64,000 nucleotides of DNA from Bacillota bacterium. GTDB lineage: Bacteria > Bacillota > Sulfobacillia > Fermentithermobacillales > Fermentithermobacillaceae. Of this stretch, positions 21,224 through 31,145 are shown piece by piece. A program made the translations under genes and the position numbers. Position 1 is the first letter of the stretch. Each line of letters begins with the position of its first letter. The notes under the pieces are model-generated. The model saw nothing but the letters and a program-made list of their open reading frames with translations, made no database searches and was not told the DNA's origin. The stretch spans positions 38,626 to 102,625 of the forward strand of contig JBMNKH010000003.1 of NCBI GenBank assembly GCA_050952085.1, in the 5' to 3' direction.

Positions 21224-22828
21224 ATGACTAGAAGAAAGTGGGCATTATGGCTGTTGGCCGGTATTTTCCTGTTGACAGCAGCCGGCTGCGGCCCCAAAGA
21301 GCCAGAAACACCGGCAGTAGAAGCTGACAAGACCGCTGACGTAGTGGTTATAGGCGGCGGCGGAGCCGGGCTTGCAGCAGCTGTTTCGGCAGCGGAAAAC
21401 GGAGCCAGCGTGATTCTGCTTGAGAAAGCTGCTGTTCTGGGTGGCAACACCCTGGTCTCAGGTGGCGTAATGAACGCGGTCGATCCGGAAAGACAGAAGA
21501 ACGTACCAATGAACGATGCACTTCTCAACGAACTTAAGGAACTAGCGCAGCGCGATGAAAGCGAATTCGGCGATTTCGCTCCTGCATTTGTCACTCTCAA
21601 ACAACAGATTAACGAGTACTTAGAATCAGGCGACACCAGCGTACTATTTGACTCAATTGAGCTACACATGGTTCACACCTACCTGGGCGGAACCAGAACC
21701 GATCTACAAGGCAACACTATCTCTCCTGAGTACGAGCTTATCGAGATTCTCTGCAATAATGCTCTGGGTGCCATCGAATGGCTGGAAGGCTACGGCCAGG
21801 AGTTCAGCGACACCATTGGCACGGTACTGGGTGCTCTGTGGCCGCGGACCCACAGCACAGGCGGAGGAAGGGCATACATCGAGACACTTTCTGCTGCTGC
21901 TGAAGATCTAGGTGTCGAGATATTGCTTGAAACCGCCGGTAAGGAACTTATTACCGAAGATGGCAGGGTTGTAGGAGTCAAGGCGACTGCCGCAGACGGT
22001 TCAGAGCTCATCATCAGGGCTAACAGCGGTGTTGTACTTGCAACCGGTGGTTACGGTGAGAACCCCGAGATGCGTGCCGAATACAACACCTACTGGCCTG
22101 AGATGCCCCTTACCATGCCGTCCACCAACGTCTCCACCGTTACAGGTGACGGAATTATCATGGCACAGCAGGTTGGGGCAGATCTTGTCGGCATGGGCTT
22201 CATTCAGCTGATGCCCAGTTCAGACCCTGAAACGGGCGTACTCTTCAATGGACTGTGGGGCAGCGCTGAGACCCAGGTATTCGTAAACAAACAGGGCAAG
22301 CGCTTTGTCAATGAGTACGCAGAGAGAGACGTATTGGCTAAAGCTGCTCTGGAACAAGAAGACGGATTGTTCTTCATCATCTGCGATGCCCAAATTGCTG
22401 GCGATCGCAACCTTGATGCTTTGATTGAGGCCGAAGATGTTATTAGGGCCGACACTCTCGAGGAACTGGCTGAAAAGCTGGGTATCCCGGCTGACGATTT
22501 CGTCGCTGAGATCGAGAAGTACAACTCTTACGTTGATGCCCAGCATGACCCGGACTTTGGCAAGCCCAACTTCGGAAACTACAAGGTTGAAGTAGGGCCA
22601 TTCTACGCAACGCCAAGATCTCCTTCAGTCCACCACACCATGGGCGGTGTAAAGATTGATACCCTTGCCAGGGTAATCAGCACTGAAGGGCAGCCTATTC
22701 CTGGACTCTATGCTGCCGGAGAAGTCTGCGGCGGTATCCATGCAGGCAACCGTCTTGGCGGAAACGCCATTACCGACATTCTCGTGTTCGGCCGCATAGC
22801 AGGCGAGAGCGCTGCGACTAAGAAGTAA
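21224..22828 (+). CDS. Lipoprotein flavocytochrome-c-family FAD reductase, urocanate reductase (UrdA)-like
   Basis: Lipobox LTAAGC; GGGGAG, LATGGY, IQLMP, HHTMGG, HAGNRLGGNA. Confidence 0.85.
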   Translation: MTRRKWALWLLAGIFLLTAAGCGPKEPETPAVEADKTADVVVIGGGGAGLAAAVSAAENGASVILLEKAAVLGGNTLVSGGVMNAVDPERQKNVPMNDALLNELKELAQRDESEFGDFAPAFVTLKQQINEYLESGDTSVLFDSIELHMVHTYLGGTRTDLQGNTISPEYELIEILCNNALGAIEWLEGYGQEFSDTIGTVLGALWPRTHSTGGGRAYIETLSAAAEDLGVEILLETAGKELITEDGRVVGVKATAADGSELIIRANSGVVLATGGYGENPEMRAEYNTYWPEMPLTMPSTNVSTVTGDGIIMAQQVGADLVGMGFIQLMPSSDPETGVLFNGLWGSAETQVFVNKQGKRFVNEYAERDVLAKAALEQEDGLFFIICDAQIAGDRNLDALIEAEDVIRADTLEELAEKLGIPADDFVAEIEKYNSYVDAQHDPDFGKPNFGNYKVEVGPFYATPRSPSVHHTMGGVKIDTLARVISTEGQPIPGLYAAGEVCGGIHAGNRLGGNAITDILVFGRIAGESAATKK

Positions 22829-22887
22829 GACTTGGAAGTAAAGCTAGGTAATTTGCTTAGCAATATAGGAGAATACTAGCGGTCACT

Positions 22888-22934
22888 GGGCTGCTTGGGG
22901 CCATAGACAGGCCTCAGGCAGCCCGACTGTTTTC
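22888..22934 (+). terminator. Hairpin terminator
   Basis: GGGCTGCTTGGGGCC...GGCCTCAGGCAGCCC, then T-rich. Confidence 0.55.
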
Positions 22935-23248
22935 TGTCCGCCGACATGGAAACTGACCATTGCCTCTGATGCCTCCAATGTCTATCGACATAGGATGTGC
23001 TTTCAGGTGTATCGGTTTATACAGAGCAAGAGGAACTGTGCCAGTAAGCGAAAGGCGATTGAAAGAAAATAGCTGGGTCGTGCAGGGAATCAGGGTTCCC
23101 GACGACAATAAAGAATGTATGGAAAGAACGTAATGCATGGAAGAAGCCTTTGGAAGGCATGTTCAAAGCATGCCAAAGCATGTTTAGACAAGGCCAAGCA
23201 GTGACAACACCCACAAGAAATGATGGCGGTCAAAGGAGGAAATGGGCA

Positions 23249-24808
23249 TTGTTCGATATCATCTTCAAAAACGCCAGGGTATTGGATGGTACAGCTGCTC
23301 CTTGGTTCGTAGCTGATGTAGCAGTCAAGGATGGTTATATCGTCAAGGTTGGAAGGATTGAAGGTGAAGCCAAGCAAGTCATTGATGCCGCAGGTAAGTA
23401 TCTGTCTCCGGGATTCATTGACACCCACTCCCACTCAGATACCCCGCTGGTAGAGAATCCAACGGCAGACAGCAAGATCATGCAAGGTGTTACGCTGGAG
23501 GTTATCGGCCAGTGCGGGACTTCTGCCGCCCCGAGGAATATGGGGCTAAGGGAGCAAGATGAATCAGAGATAACAAAGATGGCAGAGGACGGCCCCAAAT
23601 GGACTGATATGGCTTCATACATGGAAGTGCTTGAATCCCAAGGTGTGAGCGTCAACGTGGCTCCGCTGGTAGGCCATGGCACCGTTAGGCGCCAGGTCAT
23701 GGGGGTAGAGCCACGTCCGGCAACCCCTGAAGAGGCTGAGCAGATGAAGATCCTGGTCAGGGAGGCTATGGAGCAAGGTGCATTCGGGATGTCGACGGGA
23801 CTGATTTACGTGCCCGGACGCTATTCTGAAACCAGCGAAGTGATAGAACTTGCTAAGGTTGTGGCGGAATACGGTGGGGTGTACTTCACCCATATCCGCA
23901 ACGAGAGCGCGCACCTTCTCGAAGCCCTTGCCGAAGCTATCGAGATCGGCAACGAGGCCGGATTGCCGGCGCAAGTCTCGCACTTTAAGGCCATGCGCGA
24001 GCCCAATTGGGGCAAGGTTCCCGAGGCCATCGCCATGATTGAAAGGGCCAGGGAGGACGGGCTTGACATCACAGCGGATCAATATCCGTACATAGCCTCA
24101 TCTACGGGGCTGGGTTCACCCCTGCCTGCATCCGCCTGGACCGGTGGTGAAGGCTCAGAACGTTTACGCGATCCTGAGGAGCGCAAGAAGATTCTTGAGC
24201 AGCTGAAGGCCAGGGGATACTGGGACAGCATAGTGATAGCTAATCTGGAGCATCCGGATGATCAACAGTATATAGGCGAGAGTGTCGAAGCAGTAGGGCG
24301 GATTCAAGGTATCAGCTCTGAAGAAGCGGCGCTAGGGCTGCTTGAGAGAAACCGTGGCGTAGTCCAGATCGTCAACTTCGCAATGAACGAGGATAATGTA
24401 AGGACGATTATGAAGCTGCCATGGGTAATGGTCGGCTCAGATGGCAGTGCGCTTAACGTCAAGACGGCCAAAGGAAAGCCTCATCCCAGGAACTACGGCA
24501 CTTTTGTGAGGATCCTCGGGCGATACGTCAGAGACCATAAGGTATTAAGGCTTGAGGAAGCGGTACGGAAGATGACCTCGCTGCCTGCCATGAGGTTGGG
24601 GCTGCAAGACCGGGGGATCCTCAAAGAGGGGATGAGGGCTGACCTGGTACTCTTTGATGCAGATGCGGTAGTGGACAATGCCACGTTCACCGAACCGCAT
24701 CAGTACGCATCGGGAATCGATTATGTGGTCGTAAACGGCGTGATTGTAGTAGAAGACGGAGCTCACAACGGGGCACGCCCGGGCGCGGTCCTGCGGCGGA
24801 GGGATTAG
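23249..24808 (+). CDS. N-acyl-D-amino-acid deacylase (D-aminoacylase)
   Basis: PGFIDTHSHSD, GQCG, STGLIY.PG, THIR.E, SHFK, GSDG, HPR.YGTF; TTG start after AAGGAGG. Confidence 0.93.
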   Translation: MFDIIFKNARVLDGTAAPWFVADVAVKDGYIVKVGRIEGEAKQVIDAAGKYLSPGFIDTHSHSDTPLVENPTADSKIMQGVTLEVIGQCGTSAAPRNMGLREQDESEITKMAEDGPKWTDMASYMEVLESQGVSVNVAPLVGHGTVRRQVMGVEPRPATPEEAEQMKILVREAMEQGAFGMSTGLIYVPGRYSETSEVIELAKVVAEYGGVYFTHIRNESAHLLEALAEAIEIGNEAGLPAQVSHFKAMREPNWGKVPEAIAMIERAREDGLDITADQYPYIASSTGLGSPLPASAWTGGEGSERLRDPEERKKILEQLKARGYWDSIVIANLEHPDDQQYIGESVEAVGRIQGISSEEAALGLLERNRGVVQIVNFAMNEDNVRTIMKLPWVMVGSDGSALNVKTAKGKPHPRNYGTFVRILGRYVRDHKVLRLEEAVRKMTSLPAMRLGLQDRGILKEGMRADLVLFDADAVVDNATFTEPHQYASGIDYVVVNGVIVVEDGAHNGARPGAVLRRRD

Positions 24809-25009
24809 TGGGCAACATCTCCCTTGGAACGTTCTTGTTAGATTGTTTTGGTGGAGGTATCGCTTTCGCCTGTCGGGCGGAAGCGATATTTCATACTCTG
24901 ATTGGCCACTGACGTAAAGGATTATGAAGAGTTTGCCTAGCGTAACTTGACAATCTATGAGTTTATAGGGAGTATAAACCGAATCCCTGGTGCCAGAGGA
25001 GTGAAGCGA

Positions 25010-25792
25010 ATGAGCAACGTCCTCATACATACTAAGGAACTTACCAAGCGATATGGCACGTTTACAGCTGTAGACAGTTTGAACCTGACGGTGAAGGCCG
25101 GTGAAATCTATGGTTTTCTAGGCCCTAACGGCTCAGGCAAGACCACTACCATCAGGATGCTCACAGGGCTGCTTGACGCTACTGCAGGAGAAGCTTTCAT
25201 ATGCGGGTACAATATTGCAACCGAAGCTTCTCAAGCCAAGTCTCTGCTTGCGTATGTGCCCGACCACCCCAGACTGTATGGCAAATTATCTGCCAGGGAG
25301 TTCTTGGCCCTGATTGCAGCGCTTTACCGTATACCTAAGGAGATTGCCGGAGAGCGTGCAGAACAGCTCCTGCATTTATTCGGGCTCTCCGACAGGGCCG
25401 ATGACCTCCTGGAAGGCTATTCCCATGGCATGCGGCAGAAAGTAGTAGTAGCAGCAGCTTTGCTCCACCAGCCGAGGGTGATTCTTCTCGATGAGCCGAC
25501 GGCAGGACTTGACCCGGCCAGCGCCCGTCTCCTCAAGGATGTGCTTCAGCAAATGGCTGCCCAGGGGGCTGCAGTGTTTGTTTCAACCCATATACTTGAG
25601 ATCGCTGAACGGATGTGTCACAGGGTAGGAATTCTAAAACAAGGCAGATTGATTGCTGAAGGCAGTACCGATGAATTGCGGCAGCTGACCGGGAGTGAGG
25701 GAGAGAGTCTGGAAGATATCTTCCTGGAACTGACGGGTACTAATGAGACTGCGGAAATCATAAAGAGCCTTGAGGAAGGGGATAAACGGTGA
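25010..25792 (+). CDS. ABC transporter ATP-binding protein
   Basis: GPNGSGKTT, YSHGMRQK, LLDEPT, STH. Confidence 0.95.
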   Translation: MSNVLIHTKELTKRYGTFTAVDSLNLTVKAGEIYGFLGPNGSGKTTTIRMLTGLLDATAGEAFICGYNIATEASQAKSLLAYVPDHPRLYGKLSAREFLALIAALYRIPKEIAGERAEQLLHLFGLSDRADDLLEGYSHGMRQKVVVAAALLHQPRVILLDEPTAGLDPASARLLKDVLQQMAAQGAAVFVSTHILEIAERMCHRVGILKQGRLIAEGSTDELRQLTGSEGESLEDIFLELTGTNETAEIIKSLEEGDKR

Positions 25793-27663
25793 CGGTGACG
25801 ACAATCATACCATCTCCTTTAGATGAGCCGCCTCCTCCACAGCCGTTTTTGAGCGATTTCTCTCACTTGCTCAAAGCTCACCTGAGGGTTGCTATCAATA
25901 AGGTCCGCCGCTGGCCGATCCTCCTTTGGATTGTGTTTATCCCAGCGGCCCTTGGCTTTGGAGGGCTGTTTGTCTACCTTGGCGTCATGGCATACAGGAC
26001 ACTAGTATCTGTTGGTCCTCAGCTGGGCGGCGGCCTCTTGTCGCTTGCTTTCTTGGGAGGCGTTATCGGTCAGGTGTTCTTCGGCATCCCATCTGCCTTC
26101 GTAACCCTGTATATGTCAGAAGATTTGGACATATTGTTTGCTTCTCCCGTGTCCATACGGGCTGTTTTTGCTGTTAAATCACTGGTAGTTGCTGTAAGCA
26201 ACTTCTTACCGGTGCTTTTCTTCGTTATTTTGCCCGGTATCTTCTACGCCCTTTTGTTCAAGGCAGGGCTGGTGTTCTACTTGATTCTTCTGCTAGTCGT
26301 CATCAGCTTGTGGGTTCTGGGAACAGCATTAGCCGTGTTCCTGAATCTCTTCATCATGCGTATTGTTCCTCCTCACAGAAGCAGGGAAGCAGTAGGTGTT
26401 ATTAGCGCAGTTGCAGGTATTGTCGTAGCGATGTTTTTCCAGATACCTAATATCATGTTGCAAAGTCAAGGACAGATTGACTTTGCCGGTTTTGTTGCAG
26501 GGAACGAGAGCATACTCCAGACATCGTTTTATTTTCCCTGGGGATGGGGCTCCCAGGCGTTGGTTGAAGGCATTAGCGGCAACATGTTTTCAGCTTTCGG
26601 CTGGGGCTTATTATCACTAGTACTGGCTGCCGGTGTGTTCGCAGTTTCATTTACTCTCCTGGAGCGGGGTTTCCGGCGCGGGTGGGTTTCAGTTACCCAA
26701 CCTCCGGCAAGGCGGCGGAGGAAGACACAACAGCCCGCTGTAAAGGCGCCTGTTAGAAGAACGACAATCGCTTTGCCTAGAGAGGCAGAAGCAAAAGCAG
26801 CGCTGGCTCCTGTATGGCACAGTATGTGGGCTATTGCCAAGAAAGATCTGCTTTACATAAAAAGGGATACACGGGAATGGTTTAGCTATCTTACACCGTT
26901 GATTTTTATGGCTTTCTTTATCGGCCAGCATCTTCTTATCCGGACCAGCTCAACCCACTCTTCGCTGGTAGGTGTCTGGCTAGCGTATGTACTGATGTTC
27001 AGCGGCAACACGGCGCTTCAGTCCTTTGGGCGGGAAGGTGAAGCTGAATGGGTTTTGAGAAGCGTGCCATCGGCTGGCACACCGGTGGTGTTGGGGAAAC
27101 TGATTGCTAGTGTCATACCGACGCTTTTCCTGATGGAAGCGCTTTTGGCAGGCACAGCCGTGGCTGTCGGGTATTCAGCCTCCTTTACCTCAATGCTGGC
27201 TGTGGGAGCAGTCTTCCTGGCGCTGGGGTCAAGCTCAATCGGCCTCTTTTACTCTGCTACAAGCGCACGATACAATCCGGATAATCCGCATCAGAGGATA
27301 GCTCCCGGCGCCTCTTTGATCATGTCGCTTGTCAACTTGCTTTTCATGTTGCTCTTGGCTTTCGGGCTGCTCTACCTTATACCTCCTGCGGAACTCATTG
27401 CCGTTGTGCCTTATCTTTACGAAATTTCTCCTAAGGGCGGTTTTGCAGGAGGGCTGCATGCTTTTGCGGTGTTTGTGACCAAACCCCTTCTCTGGAGTAA
27501 ACCGGCCCGGATTCTAACAGGGATTCTTGTGACCGGCGGTATCTGGTCTGGTTTCTTCTTTGGTTTTCTGGCTGCCGCAGTTAGGCAAGCTAAGAAAGGT
27601 ATTCATATTGAACCTGTGGTTGTCAAGAAGAAGAAAGCCCGTCAAGGTTGGTTTAAGCGCTAA
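25789..27663 (+). CDS. Large ABC exporter permease
   Basis: About 14 hydrophobic segments; KKDL....RD and FGREG motifs; GTGA-coupled to the ATPase. Confidence 0.85.
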   Translation: MTVTTIIPSPLDEPPPPQPFLSDFSHLLKAHLRVAINKVRRWPILLWIVFIPAALGFGGLFVYLGVMAYRTLVSVGPQLGGGLLSLAFLGGVIGQVFFGIPSAFVTLYMSEDLDILFASPVSIRAVFAVKSLVVAVSNFLPVLFFVILPGIFYALLFKAGLVFYLILLLVVISLWVLGTALAVFLNLFIMRIVPPHRSREAVGVISAVAGIVVAMFFQIPNIMLQSQGQIDFAGFVAGNESILQTSFYFPWGWGSQALVEGISGNMFSAFGWGLLSLVLAAGVFAVSFTLLERGFRRGWVSVTQPPARRRRKTQQPAVKAPVRRTTIALPREAEAKAALAPVWHSMWAIAKKDLLYIKRDTREWFSYLTPLIFMAFFIGQHLLIRTSSTHSSLVGVWLAYVLMFSGNTALQSFGREGEAEWVLRSVPSAGTPVVLGKLIASVIPTLFLMEALLAGTAVAVGYSASFTSMLAVGAVFLALGSSSIGLFYSATSARYNPDNPHQRIAPGASLIMSLVNLLFMLLLAFGLLYLIPPAELIAVVPYLYEISPKGGFAGGLHAFAVFVTKPLLWSKPARILTGILVTGGIWSGFFFGFLAAAVRQAKKGIHIEPVVVKKKKARQGWFKR

Positions 27664-27823
27664 CCGGGGATTCGGGAATCACAGGGGAGTTTGTGATGAC
27701 ACCATTCGTAGTTAACACTTTATCGCTGATTAGTTGCGGGTTAGTCTAGATTGTGCGAACTGAATCGTGTGAATAAGGCACAGGTAGTGGAGCCATCACT
27801 AGTCGGCCTGGGGGCGATGGATC

Positions 27824-28348
27824 ATGGGCCCGCTGATAGGCAAGGGGAACACTGCCGAAATCTTTGATATAGGCGACAACAAGGTGGTCAAGCTGTTCAA
27901 ACCCGGCTATCCTTTTGGCGGTGTACTCAAGGAGTACGAGAATGCGAGACTGCTCGAATCCCTGGGACTTCCCATCGCCAAGAGCCATGGCCTTATTGAG
28001 ACGTCAAACAGGCATGGCATCATCTACGACAGGATCCGCGGAGAGTCTATGCTTGAGTCGGTTATAGAAACGGGGAATTGGGAGAAATATGCAGTTGACC
28101 TGGCGATATTGCACAAGCGGATACTGTCCCACCAAGTGCCGTATGCCCGCAGCTTGAAAACTCGCTTGAGACATAACATTGACCGTGTTGAGGCGCTGGG
28201 CGCGAGAGCAAAGGCAGCGCTTCTGAAGGTTTTGGATTCGCTACCCTGTGGCAACTGCTTATGTCGCGGGGACTTCCACTTTGATAACATCATTGTGAGC
28301 CAGCGAGAGCATAAAGAGAGTATTTCATCATCGATTACATGGAGCTAA
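27824..28348 (+). pseudogene. Aminoglycoside phosphotransferase (APH)-family kinase, truncated
   Basis: IGKGNTAEIF, VKLF, GDFHFDNII; the IID motif follows in another frame and stops. Confidence 0.75.
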
Positions 28349-28389
28349 GCACCTAATAAGACCGGCGTAGCCAAATACCCACAGACCAT

Positions 28390-28662
28390 TTATTCAATTA
28401 CCACTGCCGTTCCCGAGGCGGCAACCATAAGCATGCTGTTATTGGCACCAATAGCAGCAGCCCGATGCTTCATTTCTTCCAAAGCTTCTTCCCGTGCCCT
28501 CAAGAATTCTCCCTCATAGGATCTTGAACGGCCACCAAAGAAATCCGATAGGCTTGCGAAATCCTTGATGAAATCTACACCGGAGATGACTTCGCCGAAG
28601 ACGATGCCTTTGTATTCTACAATCCGCTTGCCTTCCACTCCAGGCGTTGTGGTCACTATCAT
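28390..28662 (-). pseudogene. YbjQ/UPF0145 family protein with an internal deletion
   Basis: MIVTTTP.VEG..I.EY.GIV.GE, GGRS.SYE, M.MV.ASGTAV; central AV.G.D.DYE segment missing. Confidence 0.75.
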
Positions 28663-28778
28663 TCTTATCCCCCTTCCATGTGGGCGCCCGGGCCAGCCGG
28701 TATTTCTAATCATTACTACTCCTTCCATGTGCCTTTGGTATCGCAAGTTAATCTCTGACCGCACACAAGAGGAAGTGT

Positions 28779-30803
28779 TTACCACACAAGCGGCAATCGT
28801 TTCTCAGTTCTGATATCAAAGATGCCCTGGTCTGTAAGGACAAACTTCCTTGGATGGCATGTCAAGTATGCAAAAGTCAGTACGTCCACAGGCTTTGCTT
28901 CCATGGTCTTTGCAAGGTCGGGAGGTATTTGGGACATTCCAGCGTTTACTGCAGTTCCTTCTCCTTCAGGCCTTGCCCCCGAAGGTGCCTCTCCATTGAC
29001 GCTTATGCGCAAACCCGCGGCTGCTTTCTCCACTGCTCTGCTTAGTTCAGCAACTTCCTCAGGAGGTGCGTCAGACATGAGGCCGAATATTGGCAGCGGC
29101 AGTTCAGCGAGGACCCGGCCGTTCTCCACCACTACGATCCCGCCTTGGATTGCAGCTACCCGGTTGACGGCCACGGCCATGTCGTGGTCATTAGCCCCTA
29201 CGACTGAGATATTGTGGCTGTCGTGCAGAACGCTCATGGCAATAGCCCCGCGCTCAAAACCCCAGCGCCAGAAACCAAGCCCGATGTTGCCTGTTCCCTG
29301 GTGCCTTTCCACAATCGCCACCTTATTGATCCCGGTTCCTAGTGCAGGTTCCACAAATCCATTACGGACAGGCAGTTTGCATGTTATAGCCTCTAAATCG
29401 TCTGAGAAGTAGAAAGGAGGTATTACCAGGGCGTGAACCCAGACACGTTCTTGACCGCGGCATGTGATTTCGACCGGTGCAGGCACCTTGAAATCATCAG
29501 CCGTAACCTTCCTTCGCAGCTTGACAGTATCCAGTGCGTAACTTGGGGCTAGCCTGTTTCCTTGGTCCGGGACTTCAAGCGAAACTAAGAGTTTGCCGTT
29601 GCGGGCGACTTCTTTGCCGCTGGCGAATACACGCTCAATGGCAACCTTTTCAAGGTCGCTGATAACCAGGATATCGGCATACCTGCCTGGTGCAATCCCG
29701 CCGATATCACGATCAAGACGCCAGTGGCGCGCGTTGTTGATGGTTGCCATCTGATACGCCCTGACAGGGGGGACGCCGAGTTCAATAGCCAAGCGGACCT
29801 CATGGTCAAGGCTACCGAGTTCCAGCAGTTTCTCTACAGGCCTGTCATCTACCGCCAGGCCTATCCGGCTCCAGTCGACCTGGCTTTCCAGCAGTTTCTT
29901 GATAGTATTGGCCTCCCGTTCTGCCTTGAGCTGGATAGTAAATCCTTGCCTAAGCATTTCCAGGGCGTTTTCAGGGGTGTTGGGGCTATGGGTGGACTGG
30001 ATTCCGGCTGAGGCGTATGCAGCCAACCGGTTGCCTGTGAATCCGCCGTGGCCTTCGATTGGCTGTCCTGCTGAAATCGCTTCCTTGACTAAACTCCAGG
30101 TCCGGGCATCATTGCCGAAAATGCGTGGTGGGTCCATCATTTCGCCAAGGCCGGTGACCCTGGGCCACTCCAGAGCCTGTTTGAACTCTTTGCCGCCGAT
30201 GTATCCGCCTGTGGTTTCAACGTTGGTAGGTGGTGTGGCTGAAGGCACCTGGACGTACACTTTCTGCGGCAGCCCCTGGGTGTTTTCGAGGAAGTACCTG
30301 ATTGCGTCGAGCCCGCCTGGTGAGCACGCTTCATGGGGGTCTTCCACAAGCGCAGTCAGGCCCCTGGCAAGGGTGATTTCAGCGTGCCGCCACGGTGCCA
30401 ACCTGGAACTTTCGATATGGTAATGGGCGTCTACGAAGCCGGGTGTGAGGTAGGCGCCTTCTACGTCAATTATTTCAGTATCAGGCCCTATGCATGCATT
30501 TGCATCGCCTACCAGGGCAATTCTTTCGCCTGCGATGGCGATGTCCATGTCTTCCAGTATTTCACCTGTATATACGTTGACCAGCTTGCCGCCTCTGATG
30601 ACCAGATCCGCCAGTTGTTTTCCCAGGGCCACTTGAACAAGGCGCTGCCTTAGGCGGACCTCAGCCGCATAAGGGGACTCGGTTCCGGCCGGTGATGCAG
30701 GTGCTATAGTATGACCTGAGCCAGGAGCTGGAGCTGAGCCAGGCGCTAAGGAGCCACTTGACAGCTTCTTGGCTGTGTTTTCAGGATTCATGCTCATTGT
30801 CAT
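28779..30803 (-). CDS. ade: Adenine deaminase family amidohydrolase
   Basis: [55 protein letters not shown]. Confidence 0.85.
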   Translation of the reverse strand: MTMSMNPENTAKKLSSGSLAPGSAPAPGSGHTIAPASPAGTESPYAAEVRLRQRLVQVALGKQLADLVIRGGKLVNVYTGEILEDMDIAIAGERIALVGDANACIGPDTEIIDVEGAYLTPGFVDAHYHIESSRLAPWRHAEITLARGLTALVEDPHEACSPGGLDAIRYFLENTQGLPQKVYVQVPSATPPTNVETTGGYIGGKEFKQALEWPRVTGLGEMMDPPRIFGNDARTWSLVKEAISAGQPIEGHGGFTGNRLAAYASAGIQSTHSPNTPENALEMLRQGFTIQLKAEREANTIKKLLESQVDWSRIGLAVDDRPVEKLLELGSLDHEVRLAIELGVPPVRAYQMATINNARHWRLDRDIGGIAPGRYADILVISDLEKVAIERVFASGKEVARNGKLLVSLEVPDQGNRLAPSYALDTVKLRRKVTADDFKVPAPVEITCRGQERVWVHALVIPPFYFSDDLEAITCKLPVRNGFVEPALGTGINKVAIVERHQGTGNIGLGFWRWGFERGAIAMSVLHDSHNISVVGANDHDMAVAVNRVAAIQGGIVVVENGRVLAELPLPIFGLMSDAPPEEVAELSRAVEKAAAGLRISVNGEAPSGARPEGEGTAVNAGMSQIPPDLAKTMEAKPVDVLTFAYLTCHPRKFVLTDQGIFDIRTEKRLPLVW

Positions 30804-31145
30804 TGGGTCCTCCCTTGCATCTTAAGTACATGCAATAGTATAGATAGACATCATTCCATGCTGTTCTGTTCTGCTCCAATGTGTTGCTTCTTTACTTGGA
30901 TGCCTAGAGTATTCTTGGCTTGCAGGTGAGAACCCTTCGGAAACCCGCATTATTCTGTTCAGCATGTAGCATGATTCTGATTTGCATGATACTTAGGCTT
31001 CCTGATACTTGGGCTAGGAATCATGTCCTGAAAAGGCAGGATCTTGATGGCGCACCTTTGGAGGAAATCAAGCGGGTGTTCTTGAAATCAGGAGGAAGGA
31101 TGTAAGGTAAACACGTCATCAACGCAACGGGGGGAGTGAATCTGT

